DNA of 64,000 nucleotides from an uncultured Gammaproteobacteria bacterium (GCA_964639785.1 CAZXEE010000002.1:15273-79272), one strand, 5' to 3'. Counted from the first letter of the stretch, positions 8,978-17,896 are shown. Translations and numbers: made by a program. The notes: a model not told the origin generated them from the sequence alone.

Positions 8978-10465
8978 ATGGCTAAAAATAAACGAGCCTT
9001 TACCCTTATCGAACTCCTAGTGGTTATCGCCATCATCGGTCTTTTGGCGACCATCTCAGTTCTGGCTTTGCAAAATGCTCGAGCTAAATCTCGGGATGCC
9101 AAGCGGGTAGCTGACATGAAGCAGGTATCTACTGCCTTAGAAATGTTCTTTAATGATAATAACCGTTATCCAACTATCGAAGAATGGAATACCGGGAAGC
9201 TTTATTCTACTACTACCGGTGCCACTTCTACCTATATGCAAATCATTCCATCAGCTCCGACTCCGGCTGATGGCAGTTGTTCCAGTTTACAGAATTCTAT
9301 CAGTTATATTCCATCTACTGACGGCTCCTCTTATTCTATCTCTTTTTGTTTAGGTGGCAACACCGGAACTCTGGCTTCCGGACCGAAGTGTCTGACTCCG
9401 GGAGGATTATTAGACATAGATTGTGCACCCCCATGTTTGATTGATAGTACTGGTTGTTCTTGGCAACCAGTAGGTAATGTCGGTTTTTCTGCCGGCGCTG
9501 TTAGATTTTCGCCTTTAGCTTTCAGCTCTACGATGCCGTATGTGGCTTATTCGGATAATACTAATTCTGACAAAGCGACGGTCATGAGGTATAACGGATC
9601 TAGCTGGGAGAATGTCGGTCCAGCTGGTTTCTCTGTTGGTGAAGCTAATCATGTATCATTATCGTTTAACAATGGAGTACCTTATGTCGCGTATAGTGAT
9701 TGGAGTAATTCGGGTAGGTTGATGGTTATGAAATATAATGGATTAGCTTGGGAGAATGTCGGTCTAGCCGGTTTCTCTGCTGGACCAGCTGATTATATAT
9801 CATTATTTTTTGATAATGATACACCCTATGTTGCTTATCAAGATGAAACTAACTCTTATAAAGCGACAGTCATGAAATATAATGGTTCGGCCTGGGAATA
9901 TGTTGGAACTCCAGGATTTTCTACTGGTCAGGCTGATTATGTATCATTATCTTTTAGTAATGGAGTGCCATATGTTGCTTATTCGGATGTTATTAATTCG
10001 GGCAAGGCGACAGTTATGAAGTATAATGGATCAGTTTGGGAAAATGTCGGTCTAGCCGGATTTTCAGCCGGTTGGTCGCGAGGCTTGTCATTGGCTTGTG
10101 ATAATGGAATGCCATATGTTGCTTATACAGATTTGGCTAATTCTTGGAAGGCAACGGTCATGAAATATAATGGATCTAGCTGGGAAAATGTCGGTCTAGC
10201 CGGTTTTTCTGGGGATGAAGCTGATTATATATCATTATCCCTTAATAACGGGACTCCGTATGTCGCTTATGGTGATTGGGTTGACTCAGGCAAGGCGACG
10301 GTCATGAAATATAATGGATCTAGCTGGGAAAATGTCGGTCTAGCCGGTTTCTCTGCTGGTCAGGTCAAGTATATATCATTATCTTTTAGCGATGGAACGC
10401 CTTATGTTGCTTATAGTGATTATGGTAACTCAGGCAAAGAAACAGTAATGAAGTTTAGTCGGTAA
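8978..10465 (+). CDS. type IV pilin-like protein fused to a C-terminal 7-bladed beta-propeller
   Basis: Prepilin leader and hydrophobic helix 'MAKNKRAFTLIELLVVIAIIGLLATI' with E at +5. I moved the start to the ATG at 8978, because the track start at 8954 is a TTG. The C-terminal part has seven 'PYVAY' repeat units. Confidence 0.8.
   Translation: MAKNKRAFTLIELLVVIAIIGLLATISVLALQNARAKSRDAKRVADMKQVSTALEMFFNDNNRYPTIEEWNTGKLYSTTTGATSTYMQIIPSAPTPADGSCSSLQNSISYIPSTDGSSYSISFCLGGNTGTLASGPKCLTPGGLLDIDCAPPCLIDSTGCSWQPVGNVGFSAGAVRFSPLAFSSTMPYVAYSDNTNSDKATVMRYNGSSWENVGPAGFSVGEANHVSLSFNNGVPYVAYSDWSNSGRLMVMKYNGLAWENVGLAGFSAGPADYISLFFDNDTPYVAYQDETNSYKATVMKYNGSAWEYVGTPGFSTGQADYVSLSFSNGVPYVAYSDVINSGKATVMKYNGSVWENVGLAGFSAGWSRGLSLACDNGMPYVAYTDLANSWKATVMKYNGSSWENVGLAGFSGDEADYISLSLNNGTPYVAYGDWVDSGKATVMKYNGSSWENVGLAGFSAGQVKYISLSFSDGTPYVAYSDYGNSGKETVMKFSR
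9461..10462 (+). repeat. in-frame tandem repeat of 144 bp (48 aa), six full units plus split terminal unit
   Basis: Unit starts at 9578, 9722, 9866, 10010, 10154, 10298 and 10442, all exactly 144 nt apart. The units at 10154 and 10298 share a near-identical ~50-nt stretch, 'acggtcatgaaatataatggatctagctgggaaaatgtcggtctagccggttt'. Confidence 0.9.
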
Positions 10466-10492
10466 TCCCACTACTTTAGAGGTTATTAATAA

Positions 10493-10519
10493 TTAGCACT
10501 CCCTTGACAGGAGTGCTAA
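10493..10519 (+). promoter_or_regulatory. CIRCE operator (HrcA binding site), perfect consensus
   Basis: TTAGCACTC-N9-GAGTGCTAA read directly from the sequence. It overlaps the -35 box of the hrcA promoter. Confidence 0.9.
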
Positions 10520-10531
10520 TTTTGCTATACT
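10504..10531 (+). promoter_or_regulatory. sigma70-like promoter of the hrcA operon
   Basis: TTGACA (10504-10509), 16-nt spacer, TATACT (10526-10531). Confidence 0.65.
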
Positions 10532-10549
10532 GGAATTGAATCAAATAAT

Positions 10550-11248
10550 ATGTCTATTTCAGAACGCAAACAATTAATCTTGAAGACTATCATCAAGGAA
10601 TATATCAAGACTGCCCAGCCGGTCTCTTCGGGCGGCTTGGTAGAGAAGTATAAGCTGGATATCTCTCCGGCTACTGTTCGGAACGAGATGATGGAACTGG
10701 AAGAGTCCGGTTATATTCTCCAGCCTCATACCTCTGCCGGTCGGGTGCCGACCGCTTTAGCCTACAAGTCTTTTGTCGAAGGTTTGTTGGATAACAAAAA
10801 AAGGAAGTTGAGTGACAAAGAGCAGGGCCTTTTAGGTGGAGCCTTGAAGGATGATGATTCTTCCCGCCGCCAAGCGGCTAAGATCATCGCGGAGATCTCT
10901 TCTGGGGCAGTATTCTGGGCTTTCCATAAGAATGACTTGTATTATACCGGCATTTCCAATCTCTTTTCCCAAGCTGAATTCCGCCAGGTCAACCTGGTCT
11001 GTGATGTCTCGGTCGTTATCGACCGCTTGGAAGAGATTATTGATGATGTTTTTGATTCTCTTGATTTCGGCCATCAGGTCTTGATTGGAGAAGATAATCC
11101 TTTCGGCGGTTTTTTGAGCGCTGTCATCCTGAAATACAAGAAGGACAACAAGACGGGAATCTTCGGAATCTTAGGGCCGATGCGGATGGATTATGAGAAG
11201 AACTTGGCTTTAGTCGAATATCTGGAAGCTAATCTAAATAAAATATAA
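10550..11248 (+). CDS. hrcA: heat-inducible transcription repressor HrcA (short form, 232 aa)
   Basis: N-terminal winged helix 'PVSSGGLVEKYKLDISPATVRNEMMELEESGYILQPHTSAGRVPT'. A CIRCE site lies upstream. Confidence 0.85.
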   Translation: MSISERKQLILKTIIKEYIKTAQPVSSGGLVEKYKLDISPATVRNEMMELEESGYILQPHTSAGRVPTALAYKSFVEGLLDNKKRKLSDKEQGLLGGALKDDDSSRRQAAKIIAEISSGAVFWAFHKNDLYYTGISNLFSQAEFRQVNLVCDVSVVIDRLEEIIDDVFDSLDFGHQVLIGEDNPFGGFLSAVILKYKKDNKTGIFGILGPMRMDYEKNLALVEYLEANLNKI

Positions 11249-11262
11249 GTAAAATATCAAAT

Positions 11263-11739
11263 ATGAGTGAAGAAAAAGATTTAGACCAGCCGGAAGAAAC
11301 TGCCGGTTCGGAAGAAGTTAAGACAGCTAACGAGCCAGAAGAAGATTACAAAGAAAAATACTTGAGAGCCTTGGCTGATTACCAGAATCTGATCCGTCAA
11401 TCACAGAAGGAAAAGGAAGAATTCTTCCGTTATGCCTTAGCTGATTTTTTGCAAGATATCTTGCCGGTGTATGACCATCTGAAGATGTCGGTAGCTAATT
11501 TGAAAGAAGAAGAGCAGAAGAGTCCTTGGGTGGAAGGAGTAAAATATGTTTTGAAGCAATTTAAGGATGTACTCGAGGCTCGAGGCGTGGAAGAGATCAA
11601 GACAGTCGGTGAAGCTTTTGATCATGAAACTATGGATGCCCTTGAAGGAGAAGGAGAGATAGTCGACAAGGAAATCAAGGCCGGTTACAAATTGAATGGC
11701 CGGGTAATTTCTCCGGCTAAAGTAGTGGTTAAGAAATAG
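11263..11739 (+). CDS. grpE: nucleotide exchange factor GrpE
   Basis: 'YLRALADYQNLIRQSQKE' coiled coil and C-terminal 'GYKLNGRVISPAKVVV'. Sits in hrcA-grpE-dnaK synteny. Confidence 0.9.
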   Translation: MSEEKDLDQPEETAGSEEVKTANEPEEDYKEKYLRALADYQNLIRQSQKEKEEFFRYALADFLQDILPVYDHLKMSVANLKEEEQKSPWVEGVKYVLKQFKDVLEARGVEEIKTVGEAFDHETMDALEGEGEIVDKEIKAGYKLNGRVISPAKVVVKK

Positions 11740-11803
11740 TAATGGGATTTTCCGTATCTACCTGTAAAATTGCGGGTTTTATGGATAATCTAGTTAAAAA
11801 TAT

Positions 11804-12241
11804 ATGTCATTAATTAAATGGACCCCGTTTCTAGCTGATAGTCCATTCGAGGAAATGGACAAGATGTTCCGCGATCTGACTCCGGAATCCATCAACCAGA
11901 TGGGCTTTTCTCCGGCAGTCGATATCTATGAAGACAAGAACAACGTAATTATCGAGACCCAATTAGCCGGAATAGATCCGGAAAAAGTCGACATCTCTAT
12001 CGATAATGATGTTCTGACTATCAAGGGAGAAGGTGAGAAGAAGAGTGAGGTTGAAGATAAGAACTATTATCGCAAAGAGATTAAGCGCGGTTCTTTCTTC
12101 CGCTCCGTTCCGTTGCCGACTCATGTCGTGGGAGAGAAGGCTTCGGCTATCGCCGCTGACGGCGTCTTGAAGATTTCTGTTCCGAAAGCTGCCTTGCCAA
12201 AACCGAAGACTATCAAGATCCAGACTAACAAGAAAAAATAA
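11804..12241 (+). CDS. Hsp20/alpha-crystallin family small heat-shock protein
   Basis: 'PAVDIYEDKNNVIIETQLAGIDPEKVDISIDNDVLTIKGE...GSFFRSVPLP...DGVLKISVPK', an alpha-crystallin domain pattern. Confidence 0.85.
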   Translation: MSLIKWTPFLADSPFEEMDKMFRDLTPESINQMGFSPAVDIYEDKNNVIIETQLAGIDPEKVDISIDNDVLTIKGEGEKKSEVEDKNYYRKEIKRGSFFRSVPLPTHVVGEKASAIAADGVLKISVPKAALPKPKTIKIQTNKKK

Positions 12242-12249
12242 ATTATCTT

Positions 12250-12465
12250 ATGGTTAAGAAAAAAATTCCAGCTTTCAGCCTGACGCTGGTGATTCTATTA
12301 TTAGCAGCCATGATTATTCTGGTGATAATGGCAGTTAGAGGCGGAACTCTGGATAAGTTCCAGGAGAATAAGGAGATCAAGGAGAATGTCAAAGTCGACC
12401 TGCAACAAGTGCAAGACATTACCGATAACCAGAATCAGGAGATGAAAGAAATCTTGGCAGAATAA
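12250..12465 (+). CDS. small single-TM hypothetical protein
   Basis: 71-aa ORF 8 nt after hsp20. TM helix 'FSLTLVILLLAAMIILVIMAV'. Confidence 0.45.
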   Translation: MVKKKIPAFSLTLVILLLAAMIILVIMAVRGGTLDKFQENKEIKENVKVDLQQVQDITDNQNQEMKEILAE

Positions 12466-12538
12466 AGATAGAATATAAAAAATTAATTTAATATGATGGT
12501 AGAGATTTTTGTTTTTACCAAATAAGAAAATAAAAAAT

Positions 12539-14440
12539 ATGGGAAAAATTTTAGGAATTGATTTAGGAACCACCAATTCAGCCATGGCTATCATGGAAGG
12601 CGGTAGTCCGAAAATCATTGAAAACATTGAAGGTAATCGAACTACGCCATCAATCGTAGCGATTTCCAAGAACGGCGAGCGCCTAGTGGGCGCTACCGCT
12701 AAGCGTCAGGCCGTGATCAATCCAGAAAATACGGTTTATGCCGTCAAACGCTTGATCGGCCGCAAATTTACTGATTCCGAAGTAGCCCGGGATGTCTCCA
12801 CTATGCCATACAAGATCGTCCAGTCGGGCGAAGGCGTCAAGGTTTTGATGAATGAAAAGGAATATTCTCCGCAGGAGATTTCCGCTATGATCTTATCAAA
12901 GTTAAAAGCGGATGCTGAGGCTAAGATCGGAGAACCGATTACCGAAGCGATCATTACCGTTCCGGCTTATTTCGATGATTCTCAGCGCCAAGCTACCAAG
13001 GATGCCGGTCAGATTGCCGGATTGGATGTGAAGAGAATTATCAACGAACCGACCGCTGCCGCTTTGGCTTATGGCTTCGACAAGAAGCAGGGCCAGAAGA
13101 TCGTCGTTTACGATTTAGGCGGAGGTACTTTCGATGTTTCTGTTTTGGATATTTCGGCTGATACTGTCGAGGTTAAAGCCACTAACGGCGACACCCACTT
13201 AGGCGGTGAAGATTTTGACAAGAGGATTATCGATTGGATCATTGAAGAGTTCAAAAAGGATCAGGGTATCGATCTGTCCAAGGATACTTTAGCTTTGCAA
13301 CGTATCAAGGAAGCGGCTGAGAAGGCCAAGATCGAACTTTCCACTACCATGGAAACTGAGATCAACCAACCGTTCATCACCACTGATGCCAATGGTCCGA
13401 AACATTTAGTTATGAAGATTAGCCGTTCCAAGATGGAATCGCTAATCATGGATTTAGTGGAGAAGACTATTGAGCCTTGTAAGAAAGCTTTAGCTGATTC
13501 CGGTTTCTCAATGAATGAAATCAATGAAGTCCTGATGGTTGGCGGTATGACCCGCATGCCTTTGGTCTTGCAGAAAGTCAAGGAATTCTTCGGCAAAGAG
13601 CCGAATCTGAGCGTTAATCCGGATGAAGTGGTCGCTTTAGGCGCTGCTGTCCAGGCCGGCGTTCTGCAGGGTGATGTCAAAGACGTTTTGCTTTTGGATG
13701 TCACTCCTTTGACTTTAGGCATTGAAACTTTGGGTGGCGTGGCTACTCCTTTAATTGAAAGGAATACTACTATCCCGACTTCCAAATCACAGGTATTCTC
13801 AACCGCTGCTGATAATCAGCCAAGCGTCGAAATCCATATCTTGCAGGGTGAGCGTCCGATGGCTTCCGATAACAAGACTCTAGGACGGTTTATCTTAGAC
13901 GGGCTGCCAGCTGCTCCAAGAGGAGTACCTCAGGTGGAAGTGAAGTTCGATATCGATGCCAATGGCATCTTGAACGTTTCCGCCACTGACAAGGCTACCA
14001 GCAAACAGCAGAAGATTACCATTACTGCTTCTTCCGGCTTGTCTAAGGAAGAGATTGAAAAGATGAAGAAGGAAGCTGAAATGCATGCTGATGAAGATAA
14101 GAAGAAGAAGGATAATGTTGAAGTCAAGAATCAGGCTGATGCCGTCGTCTTCACTACCGAGAAATTATTGAAAGAATCCGGTGACAAGATGAAACCGGAA
14201 GACAAGAAAGAACTGGAAGAGAAAGTGGCGGCTCTCAAGGCGGTCAAGGATGGCGAGAACTTCGAAGAGATGAAGAAATTGATGGAAGACTTAAACCAGG
14301 TTGCCCAGAGGATCGGTACTGCTATGTACCAAGCTCAGGACGCAGCCGCTCCAGCTGGAGGTGAAGCTCCTCAGGGAGAAGAGAAGCCGGCTGGTGACAA
14401 TGTCGTCGAAGGTGAAGTCGAGACTGAAGAGAAGAAATAA
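12539..14440 (+). CDS. dnaK: molecular chaperone DnaK (Hsp70)
   Basis: '[12 protein letters not shown]', '[10 protein letters not shown]' and '[11 protein letters not shown]'. I moved the start to the ATG at 12539, giving the canonical '[14 protein letters not shown]'. Confidence 0.97.
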   Translation: MGKILGIDLGTTNSAMAIMEGGSPKIIENIEGNRTTPSIVAISKNGERLVGATAKRQAVINPENTVYAVKRLIGRKFTDSEVARDVSTMPYKIVQSGEGVKVLMNEKEYSPQEISAMILSKLKADAEAKIGEPITEAIITVPAYFDDSQRQATKDAGQIAGLDVKRIINEPTAAALAYGFDKKQGQKIVVYDLGGGTFDVSVLDISADTVEVKATNGDTHLGGEDFDKRIIDWIIEEFKKDQGIDLSKDTLALQRIKEAAEKAKIELSTTMETEINQPFITTDANGPKHLVMKISRSKMESLIMDLVEKTIEPCKKALADSGFSMNEINEVLMVGGMTRMPLVLQKVKEFFGKEPNLSVNPDEVVALGAAVQAGVLQGDVKDVLLLDVTPLTLGIETLGGVATPLIERNTTIPTSKSQVFSTAADNQPSVEIHILQGERPMASDNKTLGRFILDGLPAAPRGVPQVEVKFDIDANGILNVSATDKATSKQQKITITASSGLSKEEIEKMKKEAEMHADEDKKKKDNVEVKNQADAVVFTTEKLLKESGDKMKPEDKKELEEKVAALKAVKDGENFEEMKKLMEDLNQVAQRIGTAMYQAQDAAAPAGGEAPQGEEKPAGDNVVEGEVETEEKK

Positions 14441-14455
14441 TTATAGCTTATAGGT

Positions 14456-14481
14456 TGCCCGAAGCATTTCAGTTTCGGGCA
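14456..14481 (+). other. intra-operon stem-loop after dnaK (no clear U-tract)
   Basis: 8-bp stem TGCCCGAA/TTCGGGCA with a 10-nt loop, followed by 'ccttgtt'. It may attenuate or stabilise the transcript. Confidence 0.4.
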
Positions 14482-14501
14482 CCTTGTTAATCTATAATCA
14501 T

Positions 14502-15455
14502 ATGGGAGAAAGAAATTTTTATAACATCGATAACCGGATCATATCGACTCCAAGTCGGGATTTGAGTCCGGAAGAGAAGGCAGTTGAGGAGGAAGATGCT
14601 CGGCAATTCATGCGAGAATTGTCTGAATCTGCCGCCGGTTCTTTCGTGGGCGAGCTAATCAAGACTGATGCTGAAAAAGCGGTAATCTATAATTTTAACA
14701 AATATATTAGGGAAAGTGCGGCTGAATTAGGAGTCGAAGAAATCCGCAAGCAATTTCCGTTACGTAATCTGCACGTCGTATTGCCGGAAGGATATAAGAA
14801 AAGGTTTCCGGATGATCATAAAGGCAATTCCGGCCGATATCTGTCGATCACCGATGCTATTTTCACCAAGAGGGATAAGGATATTAACCGGCTTCAGTTG
14901 GCCCACATCATCGGACATGAGATGATCCATTCCTTTTCAGCTAATCGATATGATTTTGACTCTGATTGGTCGTTGACTTATAACAAGCTGGGTTATCGTT
15001 CTTCGAAGGTGGTTAAATCTCCGGTCAGCATGGCAGAATCCGGACCGATTGATGAAGTAGAAACTGAAGAGATTACCGCAGATTTATTTCTAGGCTTCAA
15101 TGAAGCAATCACTGACTTGATGGCCAAAGAGATGATTGAAAAGCATCAGCCGGAACTATTGCGAACCTTGGATATCAAGGAAGATGAATTAGACCAGTAC
15201 CCTCTGAATTATTACGGTTATTGTCCGATGATCGAATGGATCATGGATAAGATTGCGGAGAAGAATGGCGAGGATTGGGAAACGGTTTGGAAGAAATTCA
15301 AGTTAGGATTATTGACCGGCAAAATGATGCATTTGAGAGAAATCGAGAGGACTCTTGGTCCGGGATCTTTGCGCTTGGTAGCTAACTTGGGTAATAGCAA
15401 GGAAGACAATCAAGCCTTCAGGGACTTTATGGAAAACTACGATAAGAATAAATAA
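14502..15455 (+). CDS. putative gluzincin-type zinc metallopeptidase (orphan)
   Basis: 'HIIGHEMIHS' (HExxH), with a downstream 'GFNEAITD' that resembles the thermolysin-type NEAxSD third-ligand motif. The stop lies 2 nt before the dnaJ start. Confidence 0.5.
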   Translation: MGERNFYNIDNRIISTPSRDLSPEEKAVEEEDARQFMRELSESAAGSFVGELIKTDAEKAVIYNFNKYIRESAAELGVEEIRKQFPLRNLHVVLPEGYKKRFPDDHKGNSGRYLSITDAIFTKRDKDINRLQLAHIIGHEMIHSFSANRYDFDSDWSLTYNKLGYRSSKVVKSPVSMAESGPIDEVETEEITADLFLGFNEAITDLMAKEMIEKHQPELLRTLDIKEDELDQYPLNYYGYCPMIEWIMDKIAEKNGEDWETVWKKFKLGLLTGKMMHLREIERTLGPGSLRLVANLGNSKEDNQAFRDFMENYDKNK

Positions 15456-15457
15456 TT

Positions 15458-16519
15458 ATGAATAAGGATTACTATAAGACATTAGGAGTCGACAAAACAG
15501 CAACCCAGGATGAAATCAAGACCGCTTTTCGGAAGTTAGCTCACGAACATCATCCAGATAAGGGCGGTAATGCTGAAAAGTTTAAGGAGGCTAATGAAGC
15601 CTATCAGGTTCTGGGTAACGCTGAGAAGCGTAAGCAATATGACCAGTTCGGTTCTGCTTATCAAAACGGCCAAGCGGGAGGACCGCAATGGCAGAATTTT
15701 TCCGGATCTGATTTTGACTTTGGAGATTTGGGAGATATTTTTGGCGGGATGGGAGACATCTTCGGATTTGGCGGCGGTCGAGGCCGTTCCCAGCAGAGAA
15801 CTCGCGGTCGCGACTTGGAAATGATGGTCAGCCTTGATTTTATGGAGGCTGTTTTTGGCGTGGAAAAGGAAATTGATTTCCATCGTCTGGAAACTTGTTC
15901 TCATTGCCAAGGCAAGGGCGCTGAACCGGGGGCTAAGGTAGAAACTTGTACGACCTGTAAGGGCCAAGGCAAAATTGCCCAGATCCAGAGGACTATTTTA
16001 GGCAGTATGAGGGTTGAATCGGTTTGTCCGCATTGTCAGGGCGAAGGCCAGAAATATAGTGAAAAATGCCATGTTTGTGGCGGAGATGGCGTTAAACAGG
16101 CTAACGCTAAATTGAAGGTAAAGATTCCGGCAGGCATCAATACTGGTGAATCCATCCGCTTATCCGGCCAAGGTGATGCCGGTGTCAAAGGCAGCCAATC
16201 AGGCGATTTGTTTTTGCGGATTAAGGTTAGTGCCAGCAAGAAATTTGTCCGGGATGATTATGATATCCATACCAAGGAAACTATCGGCGTCAAACAGGCG
16301 ATATTGGGAGATAAGATTGAAGTGGAAACTGTCGATGGCAAATTGACTTTGAAGATTCCAGAAGGCACCCAATCAGGAACCGTCTTCCGTTTGAAGGATA
16401 GAGGCGTTCCAATATTGAATAGCCGCGGCCGGGGTGATCATTTAGTAGAAGTGACCGTCAAGATCCCTAAAGGATTAAGCCGCAAGGAAGAGAAGATCAT
16501 TTCAGAAATTAATTTTTAA
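15458..16519 (+). CDS. dnaJ: molecular chaperone DnaJ
   Basis: J-domain 'DYYKTLGV...HHPDK', a G/F-rich region and four CxxCxGxG zinc-finger repeats. Confidence 0.95.
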   Translation: MNKDYYKTLGVDKTATQDEIKTAFRKLAHEHHPDKGGNAEKFKEANEAYQVLGNAEKRKQYDQFGSAYQNGQAGGPQWQNFSGSDFDFGDLGDIFGGMGDIFGFGGGRGRSQQRTRGRDLEMMVSLDFMEAVFGVEKEIDFHRLETCSHCQGKGAEPGAKVETCTTCKGQGKIAQIQRTILGSMRVESVCPHCQGEGQKYSEKCHVCGGDGVKQANAKLKVKIPAGINTGESIRLSGQGDAGVKGSQSGDLFLRIKVSASKKFVRDDYDIHTKETIGVKQAILGDKIEVETVDGKLTLKIPEGTQSGTVFRLKDRGVPILNSRGRGDHLVEVTVKIPKGLSRKEEKIISEINF

Positions 16520-16522
16520 TAT

Positions 16523-17371
16523 ATGTATATCGATACCCATTGTCATTTGAATTTTAAAGATTTTAAAGATGATGCCGACGAAGTAATTACTCGGACTTTG
16601 GCTGATAATACTCAGATGATTCTGGTCGGTTCCGAACAGAAGACTTCGAAGCGAGCGATGGAATATGTTAATAAATATCCAGAGGGAGTCTATGCGGCTG
16701 TCGGCTTGCATCCAATCCATCTGGAAGATATCTTGGTTAAGAATGACAGCGAGGAAGGCAAGTATGAATTCGAGAGCCATGCGGAAGAGTTTGATTATGA
16801 TTATTATTATAATCTGGCCCATAACAATCCTAAGGTAGTAGCTATCGGTGAAATCGGATTGGATTATTATCATCTGCCGGCTGACAAGAATATTCCGGAA
16901 GTGAAGGAAAAGCAGAAAGAAACTCTCAAACAGCTTTTATTATTAGCTCATAATCTAGACATTCCGGTTATCATCCATTGCCGCGAAGCCCATGAAGACT
17001 TACTGCCTATCCTGACTGATTTCTATCATAAGTATAAAAAAGACCAAGCTAGGGAATGGGGTGTTATCCATTGCTTTTCGGGTGATGAAGAATTATCGGA
17101 AAAATATCGCAGCTTGAACTTGATGATCTCCTTTACCGGCTTAATCACCTTTGCCAAAAATTGGGACAAGGTAATCCAATCCTGCCCATTGGAGAAAATG
17201 ATGATTGAGACCGATGCGCCTTATATGGCTCCAGTTCCTTTCCGGGGCAAGAGGAATGAACCGATTTATGTAAAGTACGTAGCCGAGAAGATGGCTCAAT
17301 TGAAGGGACTGAGTGTTGAGGAAGTCGAGAAGAAGACCTTTGAGAATGCTCAGAGAGTTTTTAAGCTTTAA
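16523..17371 (+). CDS. TatD family metal-dependent hydrolase
   Basis: 'YIDTHCHL', 'IGEIGLDY', 'VIIHCREA' and 'ETDAPY'. Confidence 0.85.
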   Translation: MYIDTHCHLNFKDFKDDADEVITRTLADNTQMILVGSEQKTSKRAMEYVNKYPEGVYAAVGLHPIHLEDILVKNDSEEGKYEFESHAEEFDYDYYYNLAHNNPKVVAIGEIGLDYYHLPADKNIPEVKEKQKETLKQLLLLAHNLDIPVIIHCREAHEDLLPILTDFYHKYKKDQAREWGVIHCFSGDEELSEKYRSLNLMISFTGLITFAKNWDKVIQSCPLEKMMIETDAPYMAPVPFRGKRNEPIYVKYVAEKMAQLKGLSVEEVEKKTFENAQRVFKL

Positions 17372-17384
17372 CTAAATAGGAAAA

Positions 17385-17420
17385 TAAAAAAGGTCTTGGT
17401 TTGTCCAAGGCCTTTTTGGT
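17385..17420. terminator. bidirectional rho-independent terminator
   Basis: Stem AGGTCTTGG/CCAAGGCCT (17391-17413) flanked by an A-run and a T-run, between convergent genes. Confidence 0.7.
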
Positions 17421-17431
17421 TTCTTAAAACA

Positions 17432-17707
17432 TTATTGTCCGAACCATTTTTCGGCCGGAATGATCCTGGTGCCGGTGCCGAAGTCGATGCTGTCTTTTGA
17501 CATTTGTCCGTCTTCTGTCTGGAAGCGGCATCGAACATGGCCATTTTGCGGCAGGTAGCGAATTTCGCCGCAGATGAAGACAACCTCTTCTTGCAACCCG
17601 GCTGGGGTAACAGCGACATAGGTAATTTGGCATCCGTCCGGTTTGTAGTTGGAGGTGCAAGCAATTAAGAGGATGATGGGGAGTAGGAATAATTTGTTTG
17701 TTTTCAT
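17432..17707 (-). CDS. small lipoprotein, unknown function
   Basis: From the ATG at 17707 the protein reads 'MKTNKLFLLPIILLIACTS', a signal peptide with a lipobox Cys. Two other overlapping frames look like low-complexity noise. Confidence 0.6.
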   Translation of the reverse strand: MKTNKLFLLPIILLIACTSNYKPDGCQITYVAVTPAGLQEEVVFICGEIRYLPQNGHVRCRFQTEDGQMSKDSIDFGTGTRIIPAEKWFGQ

Positions 17708-17832
17708 TTTTCTCTCTAGGTTTAAAAGGTGCAATTGTTAATAAGATGCTATATTCTCTCCAATGTTTTGTCAAACTGGTAAATCGTTTTTTAGCAGTAT
17801 TTTATAACCCGAATTAGACTAAATGCCTTTGA

Positions 17833-17854
17833 ATTACCTAATAGTTTAGGTAAT
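17833..17854. promoter_or_regulatory. perfect 9-bp inverted repeat, candidate operator
   Basis: ATTACCTAA-TAGT-TTAGGTAAT in the divergent region, 43 nt upstream of the atp -35 box. Confidence 0.3.
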
Positions 17855-17896
17855 GATTTTGGGCCTTTTGTCAATTTTTTTAATATTGTTTTACCC

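Noticed and set aside
9461-10462. Regularly spaced direct repeats that could at first glance suggest a CRISPR-like or satellite array.
   Set aside because: The period is exactly 144 nt and in frame, and the units are contiguous with no unique spacers. They translate into a conserved 48-aa beta-propeller blade, so this is a coding tandem repeat.
12301-12669. A 122-aa minus-strand ORF bridging the small TM gene and the dnaK start.
   Set aside because: It overlaps the dnaK N-terminus and the dnaK upstream region. Its composition is low-complexity Ile/Leu/Phe, and it has no supporting signals.
13261-13785. A 174-aa minus-strand ORF inside dnaK. Similar antisense ORFs occur inside groEL (26628-27363), recG (41240-42544, plus strand), atpA/atpD, the kinase (3049-4527, plus strand) and the VirB6-like gene.
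   Set aside because: All are fully embedded in strongly conserved, motif-bearing genes on the other strand. Their compositions are Ser/Pro/Arg/Lys-skewed, as expected for antisense frames. None has a promoter, RBS or terminator context.
17368-17774. Two alternative minus-strand ORFs (98 and 116 aa) overlapping the lipoprotein ORF.
   Set aside because: They are Arg/Pro/His-rich with no signal or motifs. The third frame gives a clean signal peptide with a lipobox, and a sensible start at 17707.
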